Shown piece by piece: positions 47,080-57,503 of a stretch of 64,000 bases of DNA. The notes under the pieces were generated by a model. It was not told where the DNA came from, searched no databases, and was given only the letters and a program-made list of their open reading frames with translations. This DNA is from an uncultured Chloroflexia bacterium (GTDB lineage Bacteria; Chloroflexota; Chloroflexia; Thermomicrobiales; UBA6265), in NCBI GenBank assembly GCA_963737985.1, contig CAVTUU010000001.1, positions 34,277-98,276 of the forward strand, read 5' to 3'. Position 1 is the first letter of the stretch. Each line of letters begins with the position of its first letter. Position numbers and translations under genes: made by a program.

Positions 47080-48186
47080 ATGAACCATGCTCTCATCGCG
47101 TTGACCGTTTTCGTTGTGACGCTGATCGCGTCACTTTGTTTTGTCTCGCGATCGATCATTGTTGCAAATCGCCTGAACCTGCTCGATCAACCTGAACCAC
47201 GACGTGTGCACAAGACGCCGGTGCCGCGGGCCGGTGGCGTTGCTGTGTTTTTGGCGTTCGCAATCGGGATCCTCATTACGTTTACGCTTGACGTGCCCCG
47301 CAACAATCCAGAAATCGAACGACTCGCGCTCCTTCTCGGTGCATCGGCGATCGTTACTGGCGTCATGCTCTACGACGATATTCTTGGCATAGCGCCGCTA
47401 CCGAAACTGCTCTGGCAAGTTGGCGCGGCGGCCATCGTCGTCCTCCCGCGGGTCCAGGGATCTCACCATGGAATCGTGATTAATACATTTAACGCACCAT
47501 TTGCCGGCGAAATAAAGCTTCCGGTCGTGGTTGCCGTCGCGTTCACGATCTTCTGGATCGTTGGCATGATGAACACGATCAACTGGGTCGACGGCCTGGA
47601 TGGACTGGCATCATCGGTGACCTTAGTCGCGTGTGCGGTTCTCTTTGCTCATACGTACTTCTGGCCCCGAGGCGCTCCTCAATTCACGATTTCACTATTG
47701 CCAATGGCGCTTGGCGCGGCTGTCATCGGTTTCCTCGTCTTTAACTGGTATCCGGCCAAAATCATTCTTGGCGACGCCGGCGCGAATTTTCTTGGGTTTG
47801 CGCTGGCAGTGATTTCGATAATCGGCGGCGCCAAAATAGCGACCGCGTTACTCGCGCTTGGTTTACCAATACTCGATGTCGCCTGGGTGATTTTCTATCG
47901 CGTCAGCCACGGACGCGCTCCCTATACCGCCGACCGTGGTCATTTGCACCATCGACTGCTGGACGCTGGATGGACACAGGCGCAAATCGTCCTGTTTGTC
48001 TCTGGAGTGTCCTTGCTCTTTGGGCTCGCTTCGCTGCTACTTAGTGACCGATTGGTCAAAGCAGGGCTAATAGGCGCAGTAGGAATCGTCTTGCTTGGAA
48101 CAATAGGGGTCATGGCGATCAGAGATCGCGACCGTCATCGCATAGGTAGCGACGATCCAATCGAGCTGCCTAACTCTGGAAGCTAG
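47080..48186 (+). CDS. Undecaprenyl-phosphate N-acetylhexosamine-1-phosphate transferase (WecA/TagO, MraY superfamily)
   Basis: RRVHKTPVPRAGG, YDD, NTINWVDGLDGLA, FNWYPAKIILGDAG, DRGHLHHRL. Confidence 0.93.
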   Translation: MNHALIALTVFVVTLIASLCFVSRSIIVANRLNLLDQPEPRRVHKTPVPRAGGVAVFLAFAIGILITFTLDVPRNNPEIERLALLLGASAIVTGVMLYDDILGIAPLPKLLWQVGAAAIVVLPRVQGSHHGIVINTFNAPFAGEIKLPVVVAVAFTIFWIVGMMNTINWVDGLDGLASSVTLVACAVLFAHTYFWPRGAPQFTISLLPMALGAAVIGFLVFNWYPAKIILGDAGANFLGFALAVISIIGGAKIATALLALGLPILDVAWVIFYRVSHGRAPYTADRGHLHHRLLDAGWTQAQIVLFVSGVSLLFGLASLLLSDRLVKAGLIGAVGIVLLGTIGVMAIRDRDRHRIGSDDPIELPNSGS

Positions 48187-48202
48187 CGGGCCCTCAATTC
48201 GT

Positions 48203-48394
48203 TTATTGCAGCAATAGCTCGAATCGCAACCGTTCGCGTTCCGATTCGTTCAGCCTGCGGTCAAGTACGTTCAACAACGAAGACGCAATGTGCGTTGTCT
48301 GCTCACACAGCAATGTGCCTGCAACCGCACCCGCAATACCGCCGACGATCGTCCCGACCAAGAATGGAATGACTAAGCCGCTTGATTGATTCAT
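48203..48394 (-). CDS. Small membrane-anchored hypothetical protein (YtxH-like N-terminus)
   Basis: FLVGTIVGGIAGAVAGTLL glycine-zipper TM followed by an amphipathic helix. Confidence 0.65.
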   Translation of the reverse strand: MNQSSGLVIPFLVGTIVGGIAGAVAGTLLCEQTTHIASSLLNVLDRRLNESERERLRFELLLQ

Positions 48395-48491
48395 TTCAAC
48401 CAATCTGGATGGATCATCATTGATCATCGAGTTGCCACCAACTGCTTATTAATACGCGCCTGCGCCCCAGACGGTTCCGAGGCGATGGATG

Positions 48492-48845
48492 TTATTGAAT
48501 CGCAAGCAATGTGGACGCGTCGGACCACAATTCCTCAAGACGATAAAACGCGCGCTGATCCACTTCAAAAACGTGAACCACCGTGCCGCCAAAGTCCATC
48601 AAGATCCAACCGGAGTTGGGTGTTCCTTCGGTCCTCTCCGGCCTGACGCCCTGTTTCGAGAGCGTGTCGCCAATCTCTCGGGCAATGGCGCGCAGCTGAC
48701 GTTCATTCTCCCCGTCGCAGATCACAAAGTAGTCAGCAAATGGTGAAATATCGTGGATGTCCAGAACGAGTGTATTTGCGGCGGGAGTGTCGGAAATGAT
48801 TTCTGCTATTTGCAGCGCCAAATCACGACCGGGAATCTCGGTCAT
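48492..48845 (-). CDS. rsfS: Ribosome silencing factor RsfS (Iojap)
   Basis: ADYFVICDGENERQLRAI, GWILMDFGGTVVHVF, RAFYRLEELW; start may lie further upstream. Confidence 0.95.
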   Translation of the reverse strand: MTEIPGRDLALQIAEIISDTPAANTLVLDIHDISPFADYFVICDGENERQLRAIAREIGDTLSKQGVRPERTEGTPNSGWILMDFGGTVVHVFEVDQRAFYRLEELWSDASTLLAIQ

Positions 48846-48979
48846 GTCATCCACCACAGACTCGGTTTCGTGGACGGTTTTGTGAGGCAATGTTACCTGT
48901 CCCAATGTTGTAGTGTCCGTACATATTGAACGAACGGAGAAAACCTATCGAGCTTCTTCTCAGCTGCGACGCAACGTAG

Positions 48980-49051
48980 TGGGCCCGGCAGGATTCGAAC
49001 CTGCGACCCTGGGGTTATGAGCCCCGTGCTCTGCCACTGAGCTACAGGCCC
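48980..49051 (-). tRNA. tRNA with CAU anticodon, most likely tRNA-Ile2 (lysidine)
   Basis: GGGCCTGTAGCTCAGTGGCAGAGCA-CGGGG-CTCATAA-CCCCA...; paired G1-C72 excludes the initiator; C4-G69 and C5-G68 fit Ile2. Confidence 0.85.
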
Positions 49052-49203
49052 GTTTCCCGGACGCCGGCAGATGTGAAGAAATACCTAAGATCCAAGCGGA
49101 TCCTTGTGATGCTTGATGATACCACGCACATCCCGGGTAGTACCTCTGTCGGTATTCCGAAGCCGAGGGAATCTGGACTTAGTGGTTAGGCGAAAGAGAC
49201 CAA

Positions 49204-49974
49204 TTAGGTCGAAATGAGCTTAAAGGAACTGAGATTGACGCTGGCCTCGATTGAAAGCATCGGGACCCCACCATTCACAGCCGCCTCGTTTAGAAATGCG
49301 CCGCCTTTCGTCACAAACCCATCTCCTGGCTCAATTCCGCCAAGAAAACCTTGCGTCGAAATCCTGGCGGGCGTGGTCGACGGAATGCTGACAGCAATCG
49401 AGGCCATCCCCGAATTGATTTTTACGTTAGCGTTTTGGGTTAGTGTGCCACCGAAATCGAGCGATACTGAGGCAGCGCCAGTGTCGACAGCAATCAGACG
49501 AGCATTCGCATTTGCAAGATTGCTCAATCTGGTGTCAGTGGCGCCGCACGAGACATGTAATTTCTCCATCGGCTGCGCCGTCGGTTCCGAAAAGTCAAGA
49601 CTGATTTTGCCGGCTCCGTGATGAATCTCGATATTGGTGAGTGATAACCCGCCAAAATTGAGATAGCTGTCATCGTTTGCCCCTGCATCGATTGTGACGC
49701 CGTACGACTTCCCGTTTCCGAGTTTGAAATCAACAAGCGGGGTACCTTTGAGATTGCTTCCCCTTTTCAGACGCTGAGAAATATGCACATTTCCGCCGTT
49801 CTCGTCGATTTGCAGAGGAAGAAAACCGGTTAGGTCCTGGTAAGTCCCTTCAACCCAGACATCCGGCCCACCCGGAGCAAGGTTTATCTTCGAAGGTCCG
49901 AAGCTGAATTTGAGGAGCTGCGGTGAATCTTCAGGCCACCCGACGTGGACATCTTCAATCGTTTGATCACTCAT
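49204..49974 (-). CDS. Hypothetical beta-repeat protein (toast-rack/LiaF-like)
   Basis: Repeated units such as IDAGA, IHHGAGKISLDF, VSCGATD, VDTGAASVSLDF, INSGMASIAVSIP; RBS GAGGGG. Confidence 0.7.
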   Translation of the reverse strand: MSDQTIEDVHVGWPEDSPQLLKFSFGPSKINLAPGGPDVWVEGTYQDLTGFLPLQIDENGGNVHISQRLKRGSNLKGTPLVDFKLGNGKSYGVTIDAGANDDSYLNFGGLSLTNIEIHHGAGKISLDFSEPTAQPMEKLHVSCGATDTRLSNLANANARLIAVDTGAASVSLDFGGTLTQNANVKINSGMASIAVSIPSTTPARISTQGFLGGIEPGDGFVTKGGAFLNEAAVNGGVPMLSIEASVNLSSFKLIST

Positions 49975-50101
49975 TGCAATTTCCCCCTCGTGACCGAAAA
50001 GAGTTGAAAGCAATTCTTGCGTATTTACTTAAATCCCACGCAATTCCCGTGCGAGTCTGGCCTAGAGAATCATCCTGAGCTATGAAACTAATCTAACTTC
50101 A

Positions 50102-50545
50102 GGTCTTCTTGCGCCCGCCTTGTTATTGATCTTGCTCCGCAAAAAATATCCCCGCTGATGGTTTGACTGGAATCTCGAGCTTCAGCGCTTTACTACTCGT
50201 GTGGGTGCATACATGGCGCTTACGGATGACCGCTACCTGTCGACCGACGATCATCAATCGGTTCATCTGGAGTAAGTCTGTCCCAACGTGTCGAATGACC
50301 GCAATCGCTGGCTTCTCCTCATGCAATGCCTTCTTGCGATCCCACAATACGTCGTCCTCCTCGTTTTCGATGTCTCAAAATCCTTCGTTATGATCGCCGA
50401 CTGGTTCGCTATTTTGACTATTGGTCGCTATCCGAGTGTGTTTATCGATTTCGTGGAAGGGGCCATCCGCTGGAATAGCAGTGTGGTCGCTATGCGTTCA
50501 CCCTGGTCAACGACAAGTATCCTCCGTTGAGTTTCTCCGCATAAT
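50102..50545 (+). pseudogene. DUF4389-family membrane protein remnant
   Basis: RKKYPR*WFDWNLELQRF...DDRYLSTDDHQSVHLE* then LLAIPQYVVL...WFAILTIGRYP...RWN and, after a frameshift, YAFTLVNDKYPP; stops at 50156 and 50273. Confidence 0.8.
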
Positions 50546-50633
50546 CATGTGTCGGCGCGTTGTGCCGAGCGCTTGCCGGTGGGGTCAAACGCTCAAAACC
50601 AATTGAATAGGCGAAATCGCGCTCCCAAACGCC

Positions 50634-51527
50634 TTACCTATTCCGTGTGGCGGCTGGATGTGGGGCAATAGTTCCTTTGACCGTGCGCGCCCGGACGGTC
50701 GTTTTTGGGTAGAGCTCGCGAAGTTTGGCAAGTACCGCGGCCTGCACTTCGGGTTCACCTCCTCCCAACCAACTGATCCAAACTTCGACGTTCTTGACGG
50801 CCGCCTGTTCGTCGTGTGACGGCTCGACGTCCCTTTCGCGTTGTGGCGGTTTCTGTCTCCCCTTCGGGGAACGTGACCGAAATCGGACTTCGATCTCTCC
50901 GTCGACTCCTTCGACATCGGAGATCGCCTCGTCGATCTTTGCCCGTACCTCTACGGGATCGCCACCGATTCCAATCACAATCAAGTTTGTTCGAATTTGA
51001 CGGCGCAAGCTGAAGTTCGTCATTGTGTCGGTAAAGACGATCGAGTTTGGGGCGACGATGCGATGGCCGCTGTCGGAGCGCAGAATCGTCGTCCGGAGCT
51101 CAATCCCGATCACTCTGCCGGTGATATCACGAACTTGAATCCGATCACCGATCGAATACGGTTTCTCGGCGATGAGAAAAAGACCGCCGATTAGGCTTTT
51201 GAGCACATCTTGTATGCCCAGGAGAAGCCCGAGCGTGCCCAGGCCGAGTGCGGCGAAGATGCCTGACCAAGTCACGCCCCAGAGAGCGAGAAGCAACGTT
51301 GCGGTGAAAATTCCCACAATGACCGAAGACAAGACGTTGATCAACGTCTCTCCACTTTCGGACAGATTGCGGGAGTCCAGGCGGTGAAGTAGTTTGTCAC
51401 GCAGAAAGCGATGGATGAAGCGAGCAATAAAAATGATGATCAGCGCTTCGGCGAGACCAATCGCGATCGACGTCACGCTGTCGAGTGCGTCTCTCAATCG
51501 CGATTCAAGCGTCGAAAGCATTACCAA
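50634..51527 (-). CDS. MscS-family mechanosensitive channel
   Basis: GLGTLGLLLGIQDVLKSLIGG...PYSIGDRIQV...GRVIGIELRTT...IVAPNS. Confidence 0.9.
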   Translation of the reverse strand: MVMLSTLESRLRDALDSVTSIAIGLAEALIIIFIARFIHRFLRDKLLHRLDSRNLSESGETLINVLSSVIVGIFTATLLLALWGVTWSGIFAALGLGTLGLLLGIQDVLKSLIGGLFLIAEKPYSIGDRIQVRDITGRVIGIELRTTILRSDSGHRIVAPNSIVFTDTMTNFSLRRQIRTNLIVIGIGGDPVEVRAKIDEAISDVEGVDGEIEVRFRSRSPKGRQKPPQRERDVEPSHDEQAAVKNVEVWISWLGGGEPEVQAAVLAKLRELYPKTTVRARTVKGTIAPHPAATRNR

Positions 51528-51596
51528 TAGTCCTCAGGGGCAAAACGAACGCGCTGACGTTGCCGGCATTGCCTCTTCTTCCATCATCCGCGTAGC

Positions 51597-51697
51597 CCCG
51601 CCCGTCATCCTGGTCGCCTATCCCCTTGTTAGCCTGAGCGCCAACCCCCCTCGTCATTCTGAGCGAGATGCTTCGATACCTCAGCATGACGGGCGAG
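51597..51697. repeat. CGTC-type REP-like palindrome
   Basis: CGTCATTCTGAG(51652-51663)...AGATGCTTCG...CTCAGCATGACG(51680-51691) with an extra degenerate arm GCCCGTCATCCTG near 51600. Confidence 0.6.
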
Positions 51698-51777
51698 GTA
51701 GGCGCGGCATGTCGGAGGATTATGGCACTGCAGAGTCGAGGGGAAGTGTCCCAATTTGCTAACCATCGCTGGATTGA

Positions 51778-53157
51778 CTATGAAGGCTCGCCCGCGTTTC
51801 GTACTCGCATCAGACCCCAGGCCGCAAACCCGATCGTCGACGCCACAGTAATGATCGTGAAGAGCGAAAGCCCCCAGTCTGCGATAAACGGCACCGAGAT
51901 CGCGGTAATGAATCCGCCCCCGATAAGCGGCCGGGTGACCAGTTGGCGGTAACCGTAGGAGGTGATGACGTCGGTATGACGAGCCGGATCGACCATGTCC
52001 ACGAGCATAAAACCAGTCGCCACATTACCTTGGGACTCGCCATACTCGGCAATTGAGTGCTCAAACCAGTTCTTGGTAAAAAGGCGTCTTCCGAGGAACA
52101 TCGCCACAAAGATGCTCCACCCAACGGATCCGACAGCCAAGATCAGCAAAGGTCCAATGTTGTCGGCCAACGCGGAAAGTGACAACGTCCCAATCGCGCA
52201 GACGATGATTCCGTCAACCGAAAGTCCGCCGATTCCTTCGACCGCGCGCCGATTGACCGCCCATTCGAAATCGAAGCGAACCGCACAGAGCTGGACGATA
52301 ACACCGCCGACAATGGTGAACGGAAAGAGCGGAAACTGGTCGAAGATCGTCGAATTGACGAGATTTGTGGCCCATTGCAGGAACTGTAATAACCCGATGC
52401 CAACCGCAATTGACACGCCGAGAAACACGGCCGCCGCGGTTAATTGCCCCATCCCTTGAGACTCGTCGAGTGGTGGGTCGTTGGGACCGGGAATATGGTG
52501 ATCGATATCCAGGTCCTCTTCGGGCTGGGGTGGGTTCTCCCGGGCGACAGAAATCGAAGGCGACTTGACCGCGTAGTTTACTAATACCGTCCCGATGACG
52601 ACTCCCGTGACCATGCCAATTGTGGCCAGCCCCAATCCAAAGTCGAGCAGTTCCCCGACGCCATGATCGAAGAGGACATTGCTCAATCCGGCAAGGGTGC
52701 CGTGCCCGCCGGCGAACGACATTTCGATCATGGCGCCGCCTTCGTCCGGCATGTCAAAGAGCGGGCGCAGGAGCAAGATCACAAGCAAGCAGCCCACCGC
52801 ATACTGTCCTGAGGACATGACTCCCGCCATGATGACGTGCGGCGCGGACTCACCCCAAATCTTGCTGACATGGGGCAATCGTTCGCCAAGCAACAGCGAC
52901 GCGCACATCACGTTGATGAGGAGACCGGGCAGAACCTTCCAAACCGCAATCGTATCGTCTGGGAAGATCCCGTTCCCATTGGTGAGGTGGCCGAGACCTT
53001 CCGGACCTAGGGCAAGGATCAGGAAACCGCCGATCAGCGCCGTCGGGATGAACAGCTTTCGTAAGAAGCTAATCCAGCGCCGGATCAGCGCAGCCCCGAG
53101 AAAGACGAGGGAGAGAATGATGAACGCGAAACCTATCTCATTCGGACTGCCCGGCAT
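51778..53157 (-). CDS. Sodium/glutamate symporter (GltS/ESS family)
   Basis: LFIPTALIGG, EMSFAGGHGT, GNVATGFMLVDMVDP; multiple TMs. Confidence 0.85.
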   Translation of the reverse strand: MPGSPNEIGFAFIILSLVFLGAALIRRWISFLRKLFIPTALIGGFLILALGPEGLGHLTNGNGIFPDDTIAVWKVLPGLLINVMCASLLLGERLPHVSKIWGESAPHVIMAGVMSSGQYAVGCLLVILLLRPLFDMPDEGGAMIEMSFAGGHGTLAGLSNVLFDHGVGELLDFGLGLATIGMVTGVVIGTVLVNYAVKSPSISVARENPPQPEEDLDIDHHIPGPNDPPLDESQGMGQLTAAAVFLGVSIAVGIGLLQFLQWATNLVNSTIFDQFPLFPFTIVGGVIVQLCAVRFDFEWAVNRRAVEGIGGLSVDGIIVCAIGTLSLSALADNIGPLLILAVGSVGWSIFVAMFLGRRLFTKNWFEHSIAEYGESQGNVATGFMLVDMVDPARHTDVITSYGYRQLVTRPLIGGGFITAISVPFIADWGLSLFTIITVASTIGFAAWGLMRVRNAGEPS

Positions 53158-53278
53158 GCCTCATCTCCAGGTTAGCTATCGTCGCGAGATCGAGCTTTCG
53201 CGGGGCACCTTTGGAACAGCCTTAGCGGCGATCTTGGCCGATGCAATCAAATGCTAGCGGGCTCGAGCGTTGCGATGC

Positions 53279-54976
53279 TCACAACTTGACCGGGTAGCCG
53301 GGACCGAGCGGGATACCTATCAGGTACCAGATCACGAAGAAGATGATCCACACGACCAAAATGATCAACGTGTACGGAATCATCAGCGAGATAATCGTGC
53401 CGATGCCGGCATCTTTCACATAACGCTGCGACACGATCACAATGAATGGCAGGTAGACCATCAACGGCGTGATGACGTTCATCGGCGAATCGCCAACGCG
53501 GTAGGCGGCAAGGACCGTCTGCGGGGCGACGCCAAGATTGATGAAGAGTGGAACGAAGATGGGCGCAAAGATCGCCCACTTCGGCAGGGAACCGGGCATG
53601 ATGATGTCGAGCAGCGCGATCACCAAAATGAAGCCAACCAAGAGCAAGACTTCGTTGACGTCAGCCCGTTCGAGAAGGTGCGCCATTCCACCCGCGATGA
53701 CGCGGGGCATGTTGGTGAAGTTGAAGTAGGCGATGAATTGGCTGATGACCAGCAGCATGAAGATGAGCCCCGACAGACTGGCGAACGTCTTCACAACACC
53801 ATTGATGACGTCAGTGCTGCTCTTGATCGTTTGCGCGCCGATGCCGAAACAGATGCCGGCGACGAGGAAGATCGTCGTGATCATGAAGATCAGGCTGTCC
53901 ATAAATGGCGTATTGCCAATGATTTTGCCGTCTACCGGATCGCGGAGCGGTCCACCGGACGGAACAGTCAATAGCAAAATCACGACGACAGCTCCCAGTA
54001 ATCCGTAAAGCGATAACCGGAGTCCGCGCGCTTCCAATCCTGGATCAATCGGGGGAGCTTCGGCAGTCGGCGCCCCTGGCTCCACCTCTCCCGCAGGCGC
54101 CGCCTCGTGGTGATACGCGCCGAGTCGCGGTTCGATCAAACGTTCGGTGATGATTGTCATGATTACTGCCATAACAATCGTTGAAGCGATGGAGAAGTAG
54201 AGGTTCGCGGTTATGGTGATCGTCTCGCCGGGCCTCGCCATCTGAATCGCTTCGTTGGTCATCTCGGTGAGCAAGGCGTCAAGCGGCGCAATAAGAATGT
54301 TGACCGAAAAGGCAGCACTCACTCCGGCATACGCTGCCGCAATTCCAGCAAGCGGGTGGCGATTCACACTGAGGAATGCGGCGGCGCCGAGAGGGATAAG
54401 GATCAAATAGCCAGCGTCAGTGGCAACGCTCGAAAGACCACCGATGAGGATAATGATGAAAGTGAGTGCCTGTCGCGGCGCCACCGCAACGAGCCGGCGG
54501 ATCAACGCTGCCATCAGCCCCGCTTCTTCGGCGACACCGACGCCAATCATCGCCACAAAGATGACCGACACAACGTTGAAGTTCGCGAAATTGTCCACAA
54601 ACGACGTGAAGATAAATCGGAGACCGTCGACTGTCAAAAGACTTCGAACAGAGACTTCTTGAGTTTCAAGAGTAATGTCCTGCACGACGTACTCGGTTTC
54701 AGGATCTTCACTCGGCGGCAACTCGATTGGTTCGTCGGAGCCCGCGTAGTAGACCGGAACCAATTGTGTCTGTTCCGAAGGCACGAGCACTTCTTCGGTG
54801 ACACTGACGTTGAACAAGTCGAGAACTACCGACAGAACGATCACCAAGAGAATCAAATATACGAAGATCATGACGGGATGGGGAACCTTGTTGCCCGCCT
54901 TTTCGATGCCGCCGAGTATTTTTTCGGTGAAGCCTTTCTTCTCCTCGGGTTCTGCCGCGGCGACCGCCTCGCTCAT
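53279..54976 (-). CDS. AbgT-family transporter
   Basis: IEKAGNKVPHP, AMIGVGVAEEAG, RHPLAGIAAAYAGVS, KWAIFAPIFVP, AYRVGDSPMNVITP, IPLGPG. Confidence 0.95.
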   Translation of the reverse strand: MSEAVAAAEPEEKKGFTEKILGGIEKAGNKVPHPVMIFVYLILLVIVLSVVLDLFNVSVTEEVLVPSEQTQLVPVYYAGSDEPIELPPSEDPETEYVVQDITLETQEVSVRSLLTVDGLRFIFTSFVDNFANFNVVSVIFVAMIGVGVAEEAGLMAALIRRLVAVAPRQALTFIIILIGGLSSVATDAGYLILIPLGAAAFLSVNRHPLAGIAAAYAGVSAAFSVNILIAPLDALLTEMTNEAIQMARPGETITITANLYFSIASTIVMAVIMTIITERLIEPRLGAYHHEAAPAGEVEPGAPTAEAPPIDPGLEARGLRLSLYGLLGAVVVILLLTVPSGGPLRDPVDGKIIGNTPFMDSLIFMITTIFLVAGICFGIGAQTIKSSTDVINGVVKTFASLSGLIFMLLVISQFIAYFNFTNMPRVIAGGMAHLLERADVNEVLLLVGFILVIALLDIIMPGSLPKWAIFAPIFVPLFINLGVAPQTVLAAYRVGDSPMNVITPLMVYLPFIVIVSQRYVKDAGIGTIISLMIPYTLIILVVWIIFFVIWYLIGIPLGPGYPVKL

Positions 54977-55129
54977 CGCTGGTTTCCTCCCCTGCCAGTT
55001 CCGATATTCCCAACGAAACCCCGTAGCGAACCTGTTCTCAGGTCCGATCAGCGTCGACTCTCACTTCATCGATTTCGAGTCACGGGCAAAGTGATGACCT
55101 GGTTTCGCTGCACCTTGGGTTCGACCAGA

Positions 55130-56404
55130 TCATGCTTGACCATCTTTAGGAGCTGCATTGGTCTCGATCGCCCAGAGCTCGGCCAGCTTGACGCACAGTT
55201 GCGTGGCGCGAGCCATATCTTGCACGCTGATCCATTCCAACGGACCGTGATAATTCTGCATGCCGGTGAAGATGTTAGGTGTGGGGACACCCAGTTCAGT
55301 TAGCCGTGAACCATCCGTGCCCCCGCGGGTGGGCGTAGAGAACGGTTCAATTCCGAGTTGACGGGATGCTTCCCGGGCCAGTTCGACAGGTCGCATGTCT
55401 GACTCAAGCCAATACCGCATGTTTCGGTATTGAGGTGTGATCGTGCATTCGATGTGTGATCTGGGTTCGGTCGCCTGAATCGTTGCGCAAACGGTCTCGA
55501 GTAACTCACCGTGACTTTTGAGTCCTTCGCGCTCGAAATCACGCAGGATGAAGAGCAATTCAGCCGAGGCCGCTCCGCCTTGAATGTGGTAGAGGTGAAT
55601 GAATCCTTGACGCCCATCAGTGGTCTCAGGGGTCAACGTCACATGGGGAAGCGTGTCGATGATTTTCGCCGCGAGGTGGAGCGCATTGACCAACGTGTCC
55701 TTAGCCTGTCCAGGATGTGCTGACACGCCTCTGATCGTCACCGTTGCCTTGTCCGCAGAAAACGTCTCATAGACGATCTCACCAACTTCGGCGCCGTCAA
55801 GCGTATATCCGAAATCTGCTTTCAGATCCTTTGGCAGGTCGGGGTGCACGCCACGCCCAATCTCTTCGTCTGGAGTGAAGCAGACGCGAATAGGGCCGTG
55901 GGAAACTGACGGATTTGAGAGCAACTGATTTGCCATCGCCATGACAATTGCCACGCCAGCTTTATCGTCCGCACCGAGGAGGGTTGTTCCGCTCGCCGTA
56001 ACAATGTCTTCTCCAACCTTGGAGGCAAGGTAAGGCAGCTGTTCGGGCGACAGAATCGAGTCGGGATCGTCGGGCAGTTGAATATCGCTGCCGTCAAAGT
56101 CACGATGAACAATTGGCTTGACGCCCGAGCCGTTGAATCCTGGAGATGTGTCGACGTGGCCGAGAAACGCAATCGTCGGCACGTTCGTGTCAACGTTCGC
56201 AGGAATTGTCGCCAGAACCGCGCCGTAGTCCGTTAGCGCCACATCTGATGCGCCGATAGAGTTCAACTCTTCGACAAGCAGATGGAGCATCTCATATTGC
56301 TTTTCGGTGCTCGGAGAGGTAGGGGACGTTTCGTCGCACTGCGTATCGATCTTCGCGTAGCGGACGAGCCGGTCCTCGAGTTCTTTAGCAAGTGAATGGT
56401 CCAT
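55130..56404 (-). CDS. pepT: Peptidase T (tripeptide aminopeptidase, M20B)
   Basis: RYAKIDTQ, GHVDTS, LLGADDKAG, FTPDEEIGRG, RGGTDGSRL, PTPNIFTG. Confidence 0.96.
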   Translation of the reverse strand: MDHSLAKELEDRLVRYAKIDTQCDETSPTSPSTEKQYEMLHLLVEELNSIGASDVALTDYGAVLATIPANVDTNVPTIAFLGHVDTSPGFNGSGVKPIVHRDFDGSDIQLPDDPDSILSPEQLPYLASKVGEDIVTASGTTLLGADDKAGVAIVMAMANQLLSNPSVSHGPIRVCFTPDEEIGRGVHPDLPKDLKADFGYTLDGAEVGEIVYETFSADKATVTIRGVSAHPGQAKDTLVNALHLAAKIIDTLPHVTLTPETTDGRQGFIHLYHIQGGAASAELLFILRDFEREGLKSHGELLETVCATIQATEPRSHIECTITPQYRNMRYWLESDMRPVELAREASRQLGIEPFSTPTRGGTDGSRLTELGVPTPNIFTGMQNYHGPLEWISVQDMARATQLCVKLAELWAIETNAAPKDGQA

Positions 56405-56425
56405 GGCTTCCCTCGATTCTCGGAT

Positions 56426-57475
56426 TCACGCTGAGACGTGAACATCGGGGTTCGAAGCGAACAGATTTAGTCCGAGTCGCTCCGAAAGAAAACTCGCCGC
56501 GAGTTGCCCTTTGACGCTGTTTCCTGCCGAATCGAGCAATGGCGCGAACACACTCATGCTTCCCTTTCCTGGCGCAACTGTCACGATTCCACCGCTAACT
56601 CCACTTTTTCCAGGTAGACCGACATCATAGAGCCAGTCGCCCGAGGTTTCGTAGAGCCCCGATGTCGCCATGACCGCGAGAACTCGCTGGCAAGTTTTGG
56701 CGGAAATGACTCGTTCCCGCGTTTTAGGGTTTACACCACCATCCGCGAGCGTGGCTCCCATCAGCGCCAATTCCTTTGTCGTGATAATGAGCGAGCATTG
56801 GCGTGTGTAGATTTCGGTTGAAGCTTCAGGTTCAAAATAGAGGCGGTCATAACTCTCAAGAAGGCGGGCGATGCCCTGATTTCGGTCATTGCTCGCCATC
56901 GCGGACTCGAAAACTTCTCGGTTGATTTCGAGTCTCCTCCCGGCGAAGCGCGACAGTCCATTCCAGACGAATTGCCATTTCTCTTCGGCGGTCGGGCCGG
57001 GGGCGAGACTCGTAGCTGCAATTGCGCCGGAGTTGACCATTGGATCGGATAGGCGGAGCGGATTGAGCTCGATCGCCATAATCGAATTGAAGGGCAAACC
57101 GGTACTGTTTACGCCAAGTTTGACCCTCGCTTGCTCAGCGCCGATCGCTTCGCAGATCAGCGCAAAAACAAATGGTTTGGAGATACTCATAATCGTAAAT
57201 GGCACATCGGCATCACCGACCGCATACGTGCTACCGTCTGTTCCGGTTACACAGATTCCGAAGAGATCGCGGGGAACTCTCGCAAGAGCTGAGTAGTAGC
57301 TTGCCACTTCGCCATCGTCGTTGGATTTGAATCGCTCATGGCATTCGACGACGAGCGCACGGACACGTTCAGTTTTGGGCAAGTGACCAGTTGATATCTG
57401 GGACGCCGCATCTAGTCCTTCATCGGCCGACCCTGATTCTTGTCTATTGCCCGTCGGTGCGCACGGTTGTGCCAT
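56426..57475 (-). CDS. glsA: Glutaminase A
   Basis: FTIMSISKPF (SxxK), TGLPFNS, PMVNSGAI, YTRQCS, LPGKSGVSGG, GNSVKG; start approximate. Confidence 0.93.
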   Translation of the reverse strand: MAQPCAPTGNRQESGSADEGLDAASQISTGHLPKTERVRALVVECHERFKSNDDGEVASYYSALARVPRDLFGICVTGTDGSTYAVGDADVPFTIMSISKPFVFALICEAIGAEQARVKLGVNSTGLPFNSIMAIELNPLRLSDPMVNSGAIAATSLAPGPTAEEKWQFVWNGLSRFAGRRLEINREVFESAMASNDRNQGIARLLESYDRLYFEPEASTEIYTRQCSLIITTKELALMGATLADGGVNPKTRERVISAKTCQRVLAVMATSGLYETSGDWLYDVGLPGKSGVSGGIVTVAPGKGSMSVFAPLLDSAGNSVKGQLAASFLSERLGLNLFASNPDVHVSA

Positions 57476-57503
57476 GTAGTGGCCACTCCACTTTTCGCGC
57501 TCG

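Noticed and set aside
54356-55303. 315-aa plus-strand ORF and similar long antisense ORFs (23065-23838, 37890-38747, 53270-53974)
   Set aside because: Shadow frames opposite well-supported genes, expected at this GC content.
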